Source: Glaucostegus cemiculus (lineage: Eukaryota). Taken from it: DNA of 64,000 bases. Shown here one piece after another: positions 26,631 through 41,354 of this stretch. Location of the stretch: NCBI GenBank assembly GCA_976551045.1, contig CDPCPM010000017.1:4774001-4838000 (forward strand), read 5' to 3'. The notes beneath the pieces are model-generated. The model saw only the letters and a list, made by a program, of their open reading frames with translations. It did not search any database and was not told where the DNA came from. The first letter of the stretch is position 1, and the number at the start of each line of letters is the position of its first letter. The position numbers and the translations under genes were made by a program.

Positions 26631-28364
26631 AATACCTGCACAGTACTTAAGAGACATGAAAAGTCAACCATGCAAACCTATTGCTTCTGAGAAACATTCT
26701 TCATATTTTCTTTATGTCTTGAGAGATACATTCTTCACTGATGTCATCAAATCACACTACTAACCACCTCTCCGCAACTTCTGGAAATATCACCTCTCAA
26801 AAATCACTAACTCTCAACTCCATACCACTTGACCTCTCTTCAACCTCTTGGGCAGACAACCATTGCAAGCATTGGCCCAATGTAGCACCTACCTCCTCAA
26901 GGGAAGCTGCTGAACTCACCTTTTAGCCCACTTTACATCCCCTTTCAAAGGAGCCTTCATGAAAGTCCACCTGCAATATCAGAGGTGCACAACTTCACAC
27001 ACCTCAGTTACTACACGCAGTCTCATGGAGAGAGAGACCTTCTCCGTATTCTCATCCAAATTACATTTTCTTTTATTTTCACAGGTTGTCAAATAATCTA
27101 TTTCACAATTGTCATGAGTGCTTTGCAGGAAATGCTGAAATTTATTCCGTGTCCTCAGTGGATCTATCTTACACATGGTAATTACTAGGCACGTGCATGA
27201 GTTCCAAAATTCGACTGACCCTATCACACTAAAACTGGCCATAGGGATTTGCATCAACTAAAATGGACCTACCCTAGCATGGTCCTTGCTAAGGAGTCCA
27301 ATGCATCCGTAGTTATCCTCCTTGGCGTCCACTCCAATTCATCCAGTCTCCTTTCCCTTATTCTAAAGATGGATCACATTCCAACCCCTTGCCCAAACTC
27401 AAGCCCTGCACCAACCTCAAGGACGTACATGCTCAGTACAGCAGTCACGTGATGGGGAGAAGGACATTTAAAAGGGAAGCAGGTCTCCAACTGGAACTAG
27501 ATGCCTGATCCCCAGATGACCTTTGCAACTCGCATCAAAGACACCTTCAAGCGTTTGAGGTGTCCCTGAAAACAGTTGAAATGAATTAAAATAAAAAAAA
27601 ATGCAAAAATAATTAAATTAGTTTAAACATTACATAATTAAAAATAGTATTTCAACAGGCACATAAAACTGTGCTAAAAAGGTGTCCTTTTTTTTTTAAG
27701 ACTGGTCACAATCAACAAACATCACCAAGCAACCAGATATGTATTGCACCGATCACTGAGAAACTATCAGGGTCCCATTGTTGTCACATTCCAATGCCTT
27801 TATACAATTGTTCACCTGCTACAAGATTTTCTTCCCATAAGAGAATTATATGGAGACAGTTCAAAAAATAATGTTGGCCTTTATAATCGAGAGTATGAGT
27901 TCAATGCACCAAAGGCCTGCAAACTGAAAATTGGTTTTATTCTGCTGACAATACCAGATTGATTTAGTTTTGAATATTCATGATTGGTGCGATATGACTA
28001 TCTTTCCAGAACAAAAAAAAGAGAACAGCACACTAATTATGTAGGATACATGCATAGAATAAATATACCCACAGAAATAATTCATGTTTGCCCACCCCAT
28101 TTTTACAAACAAAATGGATTAAAGATAATCTCCTAAAATATTACATTTTCACTGAAATAGAAAAACAAAGTGTAAAAATAAGCACAAGTTATTTTTAAAC
28201 TATATTGTATTTGAGGATAACTAAAATTAAACAAATGCAATGTGCAATCCAGATCAAAATACTGCTCTGTTTTAAAAATAGATCAATCAGAAACCTAATC
28301 CAAATCCAATTTTAGTGTTCTGCTCTCCTTGCGTTAAAGTACCATTTTTGCTCACTGGATGTGC

Positions 28365-28685
28365 TCCTGCCTAACGAGTTGGAAGGCCAAGGGTTCAAAG
28401 CTAACTGCAGATCTGGTAAAGAACTTGTGTGCACTTTCATCCTCAAGATGAAATGTTAAACTTGGGCAACATCTACTTGTTCAATCTGATGCAAAAACAA
28501 AATCAACACCATAACTGGAAGATATTTGTCCAATATCCTTGGCGCTATTTGTCAGTCAAATAACATCACAAATAAAAACAGATCCTTTGGTCATTTATCT
28601 TGTTTGCTGTTTATTAGAATCTAGCTATGTGCAATTGGCTTCTATGCTTTTCTGCAAACTATTAACACTTCAAAAGAATGTCCCA
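28365..28685 (+). mobile_element. Decayed DeuSINE-like (SacSINE1/AmnSINE1-type) element
   Basis: B-box-like gggttcaaagc, then gatgaaatgttaaac and ggtcatttatcttgtttgctgttt...tgtgcaattggct, resembling the Deu-domain core as recalled. Confidence 0.45.
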
Positions 28686-29144
28686 AGGATGCTCTTCACA
28701 ATTTGTGCAGGAATATTTGCTAAATACATTACTGCAAAATACATCCACTGCAAGGCAATGCAAGTTGTGTAGATGGAAGTATTAAATTATGAACAGATAG
28801 TAATACATAGAGCTAATCCATGACAAATCTGTGGACTTCAATGCGAGCAATTTTAAGGCACCAGGGGATCTACCTATTTAGTTTGTTAAACTAAATGGAC
28901 AGGTTAAGAAAACTTAATATGACAAATAGAATGCGCTTTTATTTCTAGAGAATGACACTATAAAGGGAATTTTAAAAAATTAAATAAAAATGAAAAGCTA
29001 AACAAGGCTCTGGAACAGTTCCAGACAGCAGACCCTTAGGAAGGATATAATGGGAGGAAGTGCAAATTCTTAGGAGTTAAATTACAAGAAGAGATTACAC
29101 AAAACTAGGGGTTGTATTGACTCAAATTAGAATGTTGTTACAAA

Positions 29145-29480
29145 CATCAGAGAGTTAGAGCAGCACGTCGGGAATGAACGCCCCTTTGAGTTGGTGACAG
29201 CATCTGCAAGAGCAATGCAGCTTGTTCCAATCACACTCTTTTCCACACAGCCCTGCAATTTTGTTCCTTTACTGTGCTTATCGAATTCCCATTTGAAAGC
29301 CACAACAGCATCAGCTTCCACCAATTGCCTGATACTTCAGTCCAGATACTAACTATGGAAATGCACAAAAGGTTTTCCTTCATGTTACCTTGGGCTCCTT
29401 CACCATTCAGCTTTATTCTGTATCCTCGACCTCTCAACTCTTTGACCAAAGGGATCAGTTTCCATCTACTTAGCTAGTCC
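29145..29480 (-). mobile_element. CR1 LINE 3' end
   Basis: Minus ORFs read LRGRGYRIKLNG... and VEADAVVAFKWEFDKH, the CR1 ORF2 terminus. Confidence 0.75.
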
Positions 29481-29559
29481 CCACACTATTTTAACCTTCA
29501 GCACATGTCAAAGTGGCTTGTGCTTTCCTATTTGCCAGGAACCCATAGGTAGGGTCACT

Positions 29560-29840
29560 TGATATGAAAATGGGCCCTTCAGCACACCAAGTCCACACTG
29601 ACTATCAAGCACCAATATACATTTATGTTATTCTCCCCATATTCTCATCAATTCTTCCCAGATTCTCCCATTTGCCTACAAACCAGGGGCAATTTACATC
29701 AGTCATTTAACCTACCAATACACACGTCCTTGGGATGTGGGAGAAGGAAACACACACAGCTACAGGGAGAATATGCAAACTCCACACAGACACCAGAGCC
29801 AAGAATTGAAAATGTCAATAACGTTGGCACTACACTTTGA
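29560..29840 (-). mobile_element. V-SINE, decayed
   Basis: gggatgtgggag...acagggagaatatgcaaactccacacagac is the reverse complement of the V-domain region seen at 31845-31915. Confidence 0.7.
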
Positions 29841-30373
29841 ATACTTCATCATTTGTAATACTTTCCAAAAGAGTTAATGTTGTCACATGTGAAGCAGCTT
29901 TAACACAAACACATTTGAATTTGATTCCCTTGAAATGATCTGCATTGCAAGAAAAGAATGAAATTAAACGTTAGTCACAAATTGAACAAATCAACATAAT
30001 ACACATTATGCAACTTATGTACTTTCAATTACATTTAGATGTATATCTGAGGCTCATTAAATAAATTCCTTTTTTTATACAGCAAAAGGAAACAAGGTTA
30101 AAAGCTTCAATATGCATTAAATGCAATACCTAGAAACTAGAAAACCAAAATTTGCATATTTCTTTATTTTAAGATTTTCCTGCCCAGTAAATTTCTTAAA
30201 ATTGCAAATGCTGATAGCCAAATTTTGACCTGTGACTACATCATATTTGCAAATTTAAACAAATTAAAAAACAGTCAATGTTATTTTGGATTAATTTGGT
30301 TGGAAAAGCAAACTTCTAACAGCAAAATAAATATTAATTTCTGGTTCCAGATCTTAAAAACATATGTACGTAC

Positions 30374-30477
30374 AAATCAAACCGAAGATTCTGGCGCTCT
30401 TCAAAAAAGTAATCCAGAAGGAATTTCCTCACAAAGTCTGGATTCAAAGTATTATCAATTGCTTCTGTTCTTCCATA
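30374..30477 (-). CDS. CPNE8: Copine (CPNE8-like) coding exon, 104 bp (probably exon 4)
   Basis: cag|TAT GGA AGA ACA...CGG TTT GAT TT|gtacgt = [34 protein letters not shown](L), the typical copine C2A GRTE..DN.LNPDF...DY.FEE motif. Confidence 0.95.
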
Positions 30478-31769
30478 CTGTTAAAAAGAAATGTGTGAAA
30501 TGAGTGGTGCCATAAAATAATTACTCACATGCTCAATATGGCAAATGCAATACAAATATAAAATGGTATAATCTGCATAAATAAGCAACACATACATAAT
30601 TTAAATGTCCAAATTGGAACCATATTGTTCCCTTTTGTGAAATGGTACAATTGCATTCCAAGAATTGCTTGAAGTATAATTTGGTTTTACAGCCATAGAT
30701 AAAATTATACATTACATACCAAATATTCTAATTACAAAAGGTGTGGAGGTTTATTGAAAACTGAAAATTTAACTTGAAGTTACACCTGATGTTAGGGAAT
30801 TTAACAGAGATTTCAAAGTATTACCTCAAGGGTAACACATGAATAAACCAGAGTTTCCACTTTGTGGGCCTGAAATTATGGCCATTACATTAAGTGTTTG
30901 CTTTCTTTAGTTTCTCTCAAAATCATTTGCATATTGCTAAATGTCAACTCTAACAATCCAGTGCAATTTACAACAATTTAGAACATAATCTTAAAGAGAA
31001 GATTTGCTGTAAAAATATTCCTTTTTATAACGAGCACTACATGCAAAATTGCAATAATCAACATATTTGAGGGTATCAAGTCTAACACCCGTCAGTCATC
31101 CAATTTTATAATGCAAAGATGAACTTTAAAATCTACAGAATTGATAAAGATGTTTGTTAATATATTAAGCATATACAAAAACCTTTCAAAGCATGCTAAA
31201 TTTCATCTTTACACCTAATGAAAAGGCCCAATCTTTGCAATCTCAAAGAGCTGCAAACAAAGACAGTTATTGTAAATTTTCAGTGATTAATTCAATACTG
31301 GGCTGTAGGTAAACTTTGGTGCTTGTTTCACCAATTTCATGAGCATCAAGTTTAGACAGTGTCTTTCACAACATCAAGAACACCAAAGGACTTTATTGTA
31401 CAGTCATTGTTATCACGTGCACGAAGTCGTCCCAAATTAGCTGTCTGTTAATGCTCAGAGATAAATGTTGGCCAAGACATCATGAATAAATGCTCCATTT
31501 CTTTCTCAAATAGTGCTGAGTGATTATTTAACTTGAATTATTGTCTCATCTAAAAACATAGAACACCCACAGAAAGATCATACAATATCACCCAAAATTT
31601 TTATTCTCAGATATACAGAATGTATTTGAACCCATGACCATACAAGGAATTGGATCCATTGAGGCCAATAGGAAGACAACACTCCACCCTGAAACATTGT
31701 GTGAAACATGGCAGACTATAGATCTAACCTCAGACAGACAACAGAGCAGAAAATATGGCTGATTTCATT

Positions 31770-32015
31770 GGGGCGGCACGATAGCGTAGCGGTTAGCGCA
31801 ACGCTGTTACAGCGCCAGCGATTGGGCTTCGATACCCGTCGCTGACTGTAAGGAGTTTGTACGTTCTCCTGTGTCTGCGTGGGTTTCCTCCGGGTGCTCC
31901 GGTTTCCTCCCACATTCTAAAAGACGTACGGTTAGTTTAATGTGGGGGTTTAAAATGGGCAGCACGGACTTGTTGAGCCGAAAGGGCCTGTTACCACACT
32001 GTAAAATTAAATTCT
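31770..32015 (+). mobile_element. Full-length tRNA-derived V-SINE (HE1-like) with CR1-type tail
   Basis: GGGGCGGCACG start, A box tagcgtagcgg, B-box-like gcttcgatacc, V-domain gtgggtttcctccgggtgctccggtttcctcccac, tail gagccgaaagggcctgtt. Retained CpGs suggest a young copy. Confidence 0.88.
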
Positions 32016-32283
32016 TTAGATCCTTTAAATCATGGATATCAGAAATTCCACCCCAAAGATATGTGGGATTGGGGTAAGGGAATGGCAAATGTTCATCCTC
32101 TCTCAACCAAAGATAGAAATCGACTATTTTTTAAACATTTGATATAACTGCGATAAGTATGCAAATACTGCCCACTGAGGAATTATTCCTAAAGACTCAA
32201 TCTGTTTACTACGGTAAATCAATTTTCATTGAATGATTATGTTGCTGCAAATAGTATTATAATCTGCCTTATTGCTCACGTAC

Positions 32284-32330
32284 CTCTCTCCATTCTTTGC
32301 TCCCAACACCTTGTAGGTACAAAACACAAA
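32284..32330 (-). CDS. CPNE8: Copine (CPNE8-like) coding exon, 47 bp (probably exon 3)
   Basis: Poly-T tract then cag|TT TGT GTT TTG TAC CTA CAA GGT GTT GGG AGC AAA GAA TGG AGA GAG|gtacgt = (L)CVLYLQGVGSKEWRE. Phase fits the previous exon. Recalled CPNE8: CVLYVQGVGNKEWRE. Confidence 0.93.
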
Positions 32331-32989
32331 CTGCAAAAAAAAAAGATCAGATACAAAGGTTAATTACAAAATAAAAATCACTACATCCCAAATGACAAAC
32401 TTTACAGCTGCTGCATACAGTAAAAAATTATATAGCAATTCCTTGACTTATGAACCTTCGATGCAAATTTTTATGAAAATTCCATTGATACGTCTTCGAA
32501 TTACAACTATTTTTTGTGATTAAAAATGCACCATTCTCTGGGCATAGGAATACATGATGGCAAAATTCCCATGATGCATTTCACCAAGCCATTTCGATTT
32601 ACAACCTTTTGCACAACACCATATTTTACAGGTATGCAACTCTTTTGTAAATCAAGAAATCACACAACTTTATGAAGTTATTTTGTTTCTCATTGTAAAG
32701 TGATCCATTTTCCTTCAATTATCCAGATGCACATGGGAAGTTTGAATAAGCAGGAATCATAAGTACTGAAGAAACCGTATTTGCCTTTAATCACTGGTTA
32801 AAAGAAAACACTTGAGGACAGAAATAGATATCCACATTCCATACAGTAACAAAAATCTGCACTGTAAGTTGCATGATGTGATTTACAGAATTATGCAGAC
32901 GATATTTACATGAGATTAAACATTCCGTTCCCACTCACTCCATTATCTGTTTCCACGGTACCACAGCGAGACTGTTCAATAAACTATAC

Positions 32990-33090
32990 AAGAACTGATG
33001 AAGGGTCCCAGACCAAAAACATCAACTATTTCTCTTCCTATAGATTCTGCCTGACTTGCAGAGTGCTTCCAGCATTTTCTGGTTTTTTTT
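32990..33090 (+). mobile_element. Penelope-derived tail fragment with decayed hammerhead core
   Basis: CTGATGA (32995-33001) agggtcccagacc AAAA (GAAA mutated), then gattctgcctgacttgcagagtgcttccagcattt. Confidence 0.65.
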
Positions 33091-34327
33091 AATATACAGG
33101 AAAATCTTTAATGACTTTTTTCTTTTTTACACGTTTATGAAACATGTGCTTTATGAAAAAGTCAGCCACTCTGAACAGACAGAGGCTAACCAGCTCCCAT
33201 AATCTACACAGCAAGGCCTCCTGCCATTTACGTGGATGTGACCTGCTGCTTTCCCACTTGTAACATCTATACGGTTCAGACACGAAGACAACGACCACAC
33301 CGTCACAACCAGCTCAATGGTCTTGCTTACTCAGAATTGTGTCCGAGTGAAACCTCCTCACATTTTTAAGAACTCTCTGTATTGGGGAACATCCTATGCA
33401 CTCCTATTAATGTTAAGTCCACTGGTTTAATTAATTTTACCCGAGTTATCTCACCAGTCAATCCCACACCCTCTAATGCCCAATCTAAAAAGGTCTGTAA
33501 ATTGCACCTTTCTGCCACTGTCTTTGGCCTGACCACATCTTCATCAAGCATTGCCACTTGACCCTGGCTGCATGCGCCACATTCGTAAACCTTGGACACT
33601 TATCAATGTCTCGCATGTCACTAGCCCTACCACCAGCAACAATATCACCTTCCTTGTTGTGTTTCAGTGTCCTTAAATGGGACCTCAACATTTGCCACCT
33701 GTAGCATTTCCACTCAAGCCTTATTCAATCCTAATCGCCACAGGTGTCTCTCCAGCTCACTAATGCATCCACCATATCCACCACTTGCCTTTAATAACCA
33801 GTCAACTGAGAGAACCCCATTCTTTGATGAAGAATTTCAGACCTAAAAGATCCTGCTTCTCTTTCCCTAGATGCTGTCTGACCTGCTGAGTGCTTCCAGC
33901 ATATTTTGTTTTTATTTCAAATTTCCAACCATGCTGCTTTTCTATTTTCAAACCCCATTCTTTATTTTCCTCATTCTAGGTTACTGCCCTGCTATTTCCA
34001 CCCCACTCCCCCCCCAGCACCAACATCCTAAGACCAATGTCAGTACAGAGGCTTCCTTTATTGAAGGTAATAACTCTCAATTACAACCAGTCGTACTACA
34101 TAAAGCACTCATATCTTGAAGATAAACATATTTATAAATAGTCTACACGGATAATGCTTCTCCTTGACCAGCTGTTCCAGTGCACCAGACATGAATGGAA
34201 ATGGTTAAGTCTGGGACCAGGTGACTAAAAAAAGGGAAGAGGAAGAAATACTGGTGACCAGAGGCCATGGGGTTAATGAATGGTGGTCAGGCAGGTGCAA
34301 ATGGTGAGCTAGGGACCTGTAACCAGC

Positions 34328-34505
34328 AGTTCAGAATCAGATTTATTATCAATGATGTGAAATTTCTTGGTTTTAGCAGCAGTACAGTACAAAGACAAAA
34401 ATCTATAAATTACAAAAATAATTAGTGCAAAAGAAAAAGGAATAATGGGGCAGTGTTCATGGATCACTCAGAAAGCTGATGGTGAAGCTGTTCCTGAATC
34501 ACTGA
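34328..34505 (-). mobile_element. Rex1/Babar-like 3' end
   Basis: tcagaatcagatttattatc...gtgaaattt...gcagcagtacag is the reverse complement of the 18925-18994 tail. Confidence 0.65.
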
Positions 34506-36594
34506 GCAAGTTAGTTGGGGTGAGTGAACCAGATGGGGTTGGGCATTATTGGGAGGGGAAATTTAAAAAAAAAATGTGGGTATGGCAGGGTGAAGGGTAG
34601 TACAACATTGTGTGTTTGAAGGAGGCACTAACAAGAAGGGGAGGGTTATGTAAATAAACTAATTAAGGCCCAGAATAGGTGGGGGCTCTTGATGGTGAGT
34701 CGACCTACCCAGGGGGCAAGGCCCACTTTAAATTGCGGTGCTGAGAGTCCACAGATACAGACACTGCAGAATCCTGCCATCAACCTTCTGCTACTAATGT
34801 TCCAAACAAGCTTGACCAATCCAGAAAATGGATAAGGCACACAAATGTAATTCATGACAAGAAATTACTAGTCAAATTCCTGCAGTGACACGAAACAACC
34901 CAGGTGTCAAGGCAACCCACCTTCCGCTCTGAGAAACATCCATTTTCACACACATGGCAACACAGTACGTATAGAGGCTATACACTTCTTTGTGAATTTA
35001 ACATGTCACGTTTATATCTTAATCTTCTTTAAAAAAAAGTTCAGGAATGTCGTTGAATGAATTTTCAACAGCAATAAACAAATCAACTTTCCATCAACAA
35101 TCTCTGTTTCCTTTTCTAACAGTCAACAAAGAACCCACAGTTACAAATGATTCACAAGCTTTTCTGTTCATAAGGTAAATTCCAGTCTTGCCTGAAGGAA
35201 GAGCTTTGACAATTCAACTTCCAACACCTTTCAAAGATTTTTTTTATAAAAGAACAAGCAAACCAATTCTCAATGACTCACAAACAGAAGAAACCTGTTC
35301 TTCCACTCCTTTTGATGGAAAGCATCGTTAGAAAATTGAGCAAAGTTAATATGCTCAGGACACACAGCTGTGATTGAAAACTCTGAGCATGTGGTGCAAA
35401 TTAAGCTCATCAACTGGAGGGCTGAGCTTTTGAGAAAGGCTAAGTAGTCCAATGAGAAGAAACCCATAAAGATATTACAAACAGCTGAAGCATCTAATTA
35501 GAAATATTTAACTTTTAGTTAAATGTCTCTGTTTAAAATTATATCTTAAATATTTTAACTTTCACTTACTAGGGAAAGAACTAGTATATGGAGTTGTTCT
35601 GTCAAATATTTTCTGTGGCTCTCTGACAAGAATGGAAGAATTGTCAAGGCAAAATTGAATGAGAAATAAGGACATTGAAATCTGCAATATGTAACGATGA
35701 CACAAGATTGTGGTCAAAAATTGCGACAATAATAAAAAGGATTTTGAGTTAGGCAATGATTGCAGATAAAAAAATTTATTTTAAATATGGCATATACAGA
35801 TACAAGATAGTAGCATATATAACCATTTAATGAAATTCTGTACTTGTATGCTATACCACTCTGACTAACTTAGTTCAAAATTAAAATAGCTTAGAAAATT
35901 CAGAGGACTAAACACCAAGCTGTACACCAGCTTTGGTTTGCTAAATAAAGATGGTTTTTCCACCAGAAGTTCCTTGCAAAGCAAACATGGTTTAAAATAA
36001 AAATTGATGAAATGCACCTATTTCATGAATTAATTTTGGAAGCACAACAATGTAAACATAATATTATTACTGATATGATTTCTAATTAAATTGCACCAAG
36101 TAAAAATAATAGTTCTTCAATTCCAGAAGGGTGTAGTTTTTGTTCACATCTTGAAAAGTGAATTATCTTTCATTCTTTCTCCTATCTCTGCTGCAAGCTA
36201 CCTACAAATTCTCAAAGTAATTGTCTGTTCCAAAAGTAAGAACTTCTACAGTAAAATCATTCTTAGATTATTTTTTTCTTAAATTTAACTACTTTAATTA
36301 AAACTCCAAGATATCCTGCTGAGTTTTCTTCATTAGCATCAAATCAACCTCACTGATTGAAATCAGACACACATCATCTACTTAGAGTGGCCTTGCATAA
36401 GAAAGTGCCTTTTCTGTTTCATCAACAAGTACAAAAAGCTATTTCAAAATAACCACTTTATTCTATTATTCAAATTAAAATAGAAGTTATAATTTCTTCA
36501 CCAACTGTGGAATGCTTGTAAAGGGTTTGCAAAAGATGTTGGAATTCTGACAATGGCATGTTTGTAGTAGTCAGCACATTATGTACATTTTATA

Positions 36595-36935
36595 AGACAG
36601 GAGGAGACCATTCAGCTGGTTGAGTCATGTTGGCTCCCAGTTGAACAATTTTATGTCCCATTTCCTTCCCCCACAACAACAACAACAAAAATCCCCTACC
36701 ACCCCCCACCCCCCCCCCCCGGCCTATCCCCTCTCACATGCCCATCAACTCCCCTTTGATTTCATTTGCTATATTAATGTGTGATTTACAGTCACCAGGT
36801 AACCTACCAGCACATCTTTGGGATATGGGAAAGCCAAGCACCTGGTGGAAACCCTACACAGACAACATCCAAAGACAAAATAGAACCAGAATCCCTGGAG
36901 GTGTAAGGCAACAGCATTAACTACTGCTTCCCATG
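36595..36935 (-). mobile_element. V-SINE, decayed
   Basis: aacctaccagcacatctttgggatatgggaaagccaagcacctggtggaaaccc (reverse V-domain) and gtaaggcaacagcattaactactg (reverse tRNA-like head). Confidence 0.65.
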
Positions 36936-39900
36936 TAGTCCACAATGGTATAGGCAAGAGCTTTGCATTTTCCATTGTGTAATGTATAAAGGGCCAGAGT
37001 GATTTGCATCTCCCACTGGCTGTATTCCCCGTGCAACACACCATTATTTAACTAAGATGGTGGACAAGTTGGCTGCTACAAGATCTTTGAATCTTTAACT
37101 AGTAAAGGTTGTTGAAAAGTAGTTTAATGGAACAACCAGACTACCCTCTCCGGCCGACCTATTATTTAAAAAAAATTATCCAAGAATTCTATTTTCCTTG
37201 CATGCAGAAAAGCAAATATAGTTTGTAGTTGTAATTCCTACATCTTAACAAAATTTCCTTCCACTCATCAATATTCTAAGCCCCTATCTGCACAATAAAT
37301 TGAAAGAATGGAAAGCTCCAAAGAACATTCATTTGAGGCTTGGTGACATCTACTCTGTACAAGGCGGTTGGTCTCAATGGGAAAATAAGCTATTTAGATG
37401 AATTAAATCACGAGATAAGTGTCAAGGAATATCTATACCTGATGGATTTTCCTCGGAAATGAGTTAGGAGGGAGCAATATTCTTTTCCCCTTCACAGCAA
37501 GGTTTCCACACAGCAACTATTGATAGACGCTTAAAAATAGCATTGCTTAGAAGGAGGTCTGATGTGCATTAATCATATTATTCATGTTTAGATGACTAAC
37601 TCCTCAGGGTTTATTCTCAAAAATGCTAGGAAAAAATAAAAATATAATTCTGAAAAGATTCAAGTTCAAACAGCAAGAACGAATTTCACCTAGAAAATTA
37701 TGGAAAATACAAGTTAATAATTAAAATTAAGAAAATCACCAAAAGGAGACAGGAAAACAGGGAATGTGCACATAATGTATTTTTTCCATTTTAGATGTGA
37801 CATTTTCTCCCCCCACTGAATGGGGGAAGTGTTTTGTTGTTTCTCACATTGTTGAGCCCCTGGTCTTGCAGTGTGTTGGCCTAAGTTAACATCATCAACG
37901 CCTCACTGATGAATTTCAATAAGTAATAATGGAAACACTTTCGGGATTTAAAATAATTCTGGAGATGGATGTTTCAGAATACTGAAATTTGTTTGGAAGA
38001 ATCCAAACAACACAGGATGTTGACTTGTAGAATTGGCCAATGTAATTTGATACAAATGGAGTTAGATTGATATTATTAAGTAGATAAGATACAGTGCAAA
38101 ACCATTTGTCAATTTGCAAAATGCAGTTCAGCTTTAAACATGCGTGACAGTGACTTGGAGTCACATGACACCAATCACTTTCAACCCAACATCATTTTTT
38201 TTCCACCCTACAGTACAGGTTCAGGTCCAAACCATCCAAATCCCCAGACTACTAAAGTCTAAACGAAGCTTCTAAATGCAATCCCAGTGCTCAACAGGAC
38301 AGGACGAGTCATTTCTGATACTATGAAGAAGCCCAGGACCAGAGCAACTTGCCAGCTGTGCCACTATGCATTTGCCAACAAAAGCTAGATCTTCCAATCA
38401 GGCAGAGTTCCTCTCACCAACCTGAAATGTTATCTTGACCTGAATGCCAACACCACTTGAAACATCAGTTTAACATCTTTGGAGAGAGATCTTTTCTCTC
38501 TCCAAAGATGCTGCCTGGCCTGCTGAGTGTTTCCAGCACTTTGTTTTTATTTGTCACCAAACATCCATTTCAAAGAATTAAGTATAATGGGGAAAACACA
38601 CAAGAGGAATTAAAAAGTTTTCATTTTGAAGTGATTCCTAAAACAGGGCCACATTTAAGAAAATAAAACAGATATTGAAATATGACCATTAAAATCGGAG
38701 CAAGAAATAAGATCCAATTAGATAATGCAAAGACACAATGAGTCTGTTTCTCAACCTAAAAAAGGAGCATACTGTATACAGTATTGATTTTTAAAAAATG
38801 ATTTTAAGCATTTGAATGCATCAGAGAGACTTGTGTTTGCATAATGGAATACCTGAGATATGGTTCCTATCCTATGTTTATACAGGACAACCCTAAATGT
38901 AATAGATCTAAGAAATTATGAAAGTTGTTATCAATAATTAAAGTGGAAGGTTATGGCTGAGACAATAAACTACTTAACGGCAAATAAATCAAAATGTAAA
39001 TATTTGAACAGGAGGTAATAAATTTGGTTGACACAAATCAGTCAAAAAATCTAGGACTGGGGCTTAAGTGGGGAATAAATAAACAGCAGGATACCAACAA
39101 GTGAAGGAGAATAATGGGACCTTGAAGTGCATGTCCTTGAATCCCTGAAGTGGCAGGGCAGAAAGTGGAATGGTACTACCAGGTACAAGGCCACCAAGGA
39201 AATGACAAGTGCAGCAATAAGATAATAGGGACACTGATGTTACAGGGTATAAAAAAAATATTTGGAGAAAAGCCAGAAAGTCTAATCAGGAGGTTAAAGC
39301 AATGAACAGATTCAACAGAGATTGTTCATAATGCAGAAAGAAACTTGGTAATAGACAAGTAGTGCTAAAGAAACCAGTTAAGTAGGGTGAGGAAAAAAAA
39401 CACACACTGAAAGAATTAAGGAGTCTGCAGGCACAGGTGATTCTCTGTTCAGTCTGAGCAGTGTAAGCTGTTACTTATTGTAAGAACAGTGTGCAGAAGT
39501 GAAAGGGGCCAAGGCTTTTGAAGAGGACAAGAAAATCAAGTGTAGCTGTGCATGCAAGGGTAACAAAGCAACAACAGGAACTCGAGGACGAGCATATGCA
39601 AGGAACAATGCACAAATAGGGGAAGCAAAATAATGTTCCCAACTTTTAACACAGGTTTGTAAATTTGTAATGTTCAGCAAGAAATATTAATGGCACAAAG
39701 ATGTGACTAAGTAAATAATGTCAAAGTAAAGAATCCATCTTTTTCAGGAAATGAATCACTTTCAGAACAATGAGAACTAGCACAGTGGAAGAGTTACAGG
39801 ATACTTAAATAAAGCAGGGACAATGAGACTTGTGATGAACATCGAGTCAATTATCAAAATTAATTTAAATTAGACAGGTGAAGATGAATGGGAGAAAATT

Positions 39901-41354
39901 GTATGCCAAATGAGATTACTGAAACTTGCAGGTACCAATACATGAACACAATTATTTAAAGTATACCACACCTCAGTAAAAGTAATAGGTGAAAAATGAT
40001 GGAAATTTTTTTTAAAAGGTGCAAGACAAAACAGGCAGTTTCCCCGCACCCCCCCCCAACCCCAAACCCATGCCCACCACACAACTCCCATCCCCTCCCC
40101 ACGCACACACATCTGGGTGTTAATAGAGGAAAAGGAATATAAAAAAAAACAAAAGGAAACGGAACGGGGGATAAATAAATGGTAAACCAATAAATGTAAT
40201 AGAATGATGAGACCAACAAGTGCATGCCCTCAAATCCCTGAAGTGGCAGGGCAGCTGGACTGGGTGGTTGAGATGAACATGGAATGCTTTCCTTCACTGG
40301 CCAAGGCAACATTAGAGCAAGTGGATCACGCTGCAACTGTATAAAACCCTAGGTAGGCCACAGCTATGGGATATCCATGTTCAGTCCTGATCACCACATT
40401 ACAGCAGTTCCAGAGTGCTTGAGGTAATTCAAATAAGATTTACCAAGATAATGCCAGAGATGACGTTTTTCAATTATGAGGAAAGATTGAGTAGTCTGGG
40501 GTTGTTTCTTTTGACTCAGGGAAGCTGAGGGAGATTTAAATCAAAGTCTATAATATTATTAAGGGTCCAGTGACCTATTTCCCTTTGCAGAGAAGTCAAT
40601 GCAGGGACAGACTTAAAGCACAGATATTCCTCAATAACAAACATTTGATTTATGAACCTGCTATAATCTCATCTTTGGGATCTGCATCTTCAATTTACAA
40701 ATTATTTTTTGTTATAATTAGCAGCACTTCACTCTCCAGCCACAGGAATACACTATCCCAAATTACCTGCATTACATTTCACTCAGCCTTTTTAACCTTA
40801 TTAAAACATTATATTTAACTAAACATTTCCAATGGAATGATCCTTTTTAAAAAGCGCGGAATGGCTTCATTGAGTCGAAGAATGAAGGGGCAGTAATGAA
40901 AAGAAATTTCACCTGAAGGTAAGGATTGGGAAATCATTGCCTAAAGCAGTGATCGAGGAAGAAAGCCATTCCAGATTTAAAATGCATTTGGAAAAGCACT
41001 GGATGTGCTGTAGCCCACAAGACTTGGACAAGAGCTGGAATGCAAGAAGAGCCTCAATTGCTCCTTCTCAGCTGCATGAAGACCATGGGCAAAATGACCT
41101 TTTTTCTGTGCTGAAAGATGTTCATGATTCTATGACCTCGAGTCCACACTATAAATGACACATTGTACGGGACAATTGTACAACGTGTCACTTATATTGT
41201 GGACTGGATGTCATAGAATCTTAAATTAATAATCTCTGACAGTGCTGCATTTTCTCAGCATGGCTAAAGTGCAAGAAGATCAGGAGCAAGTGAAAACAGG
41301 AGCAGGCTGTGGGCCGTGCACAGTCTCAGACCAGCTCTACTGTTCCAGTTCTAG

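Noticed and set aside
31770-31845. tRNA gene
   Set aside because: It has A/B boxes but continues directly into a V-domain and a LINE-type tail, so it is a SINE head.
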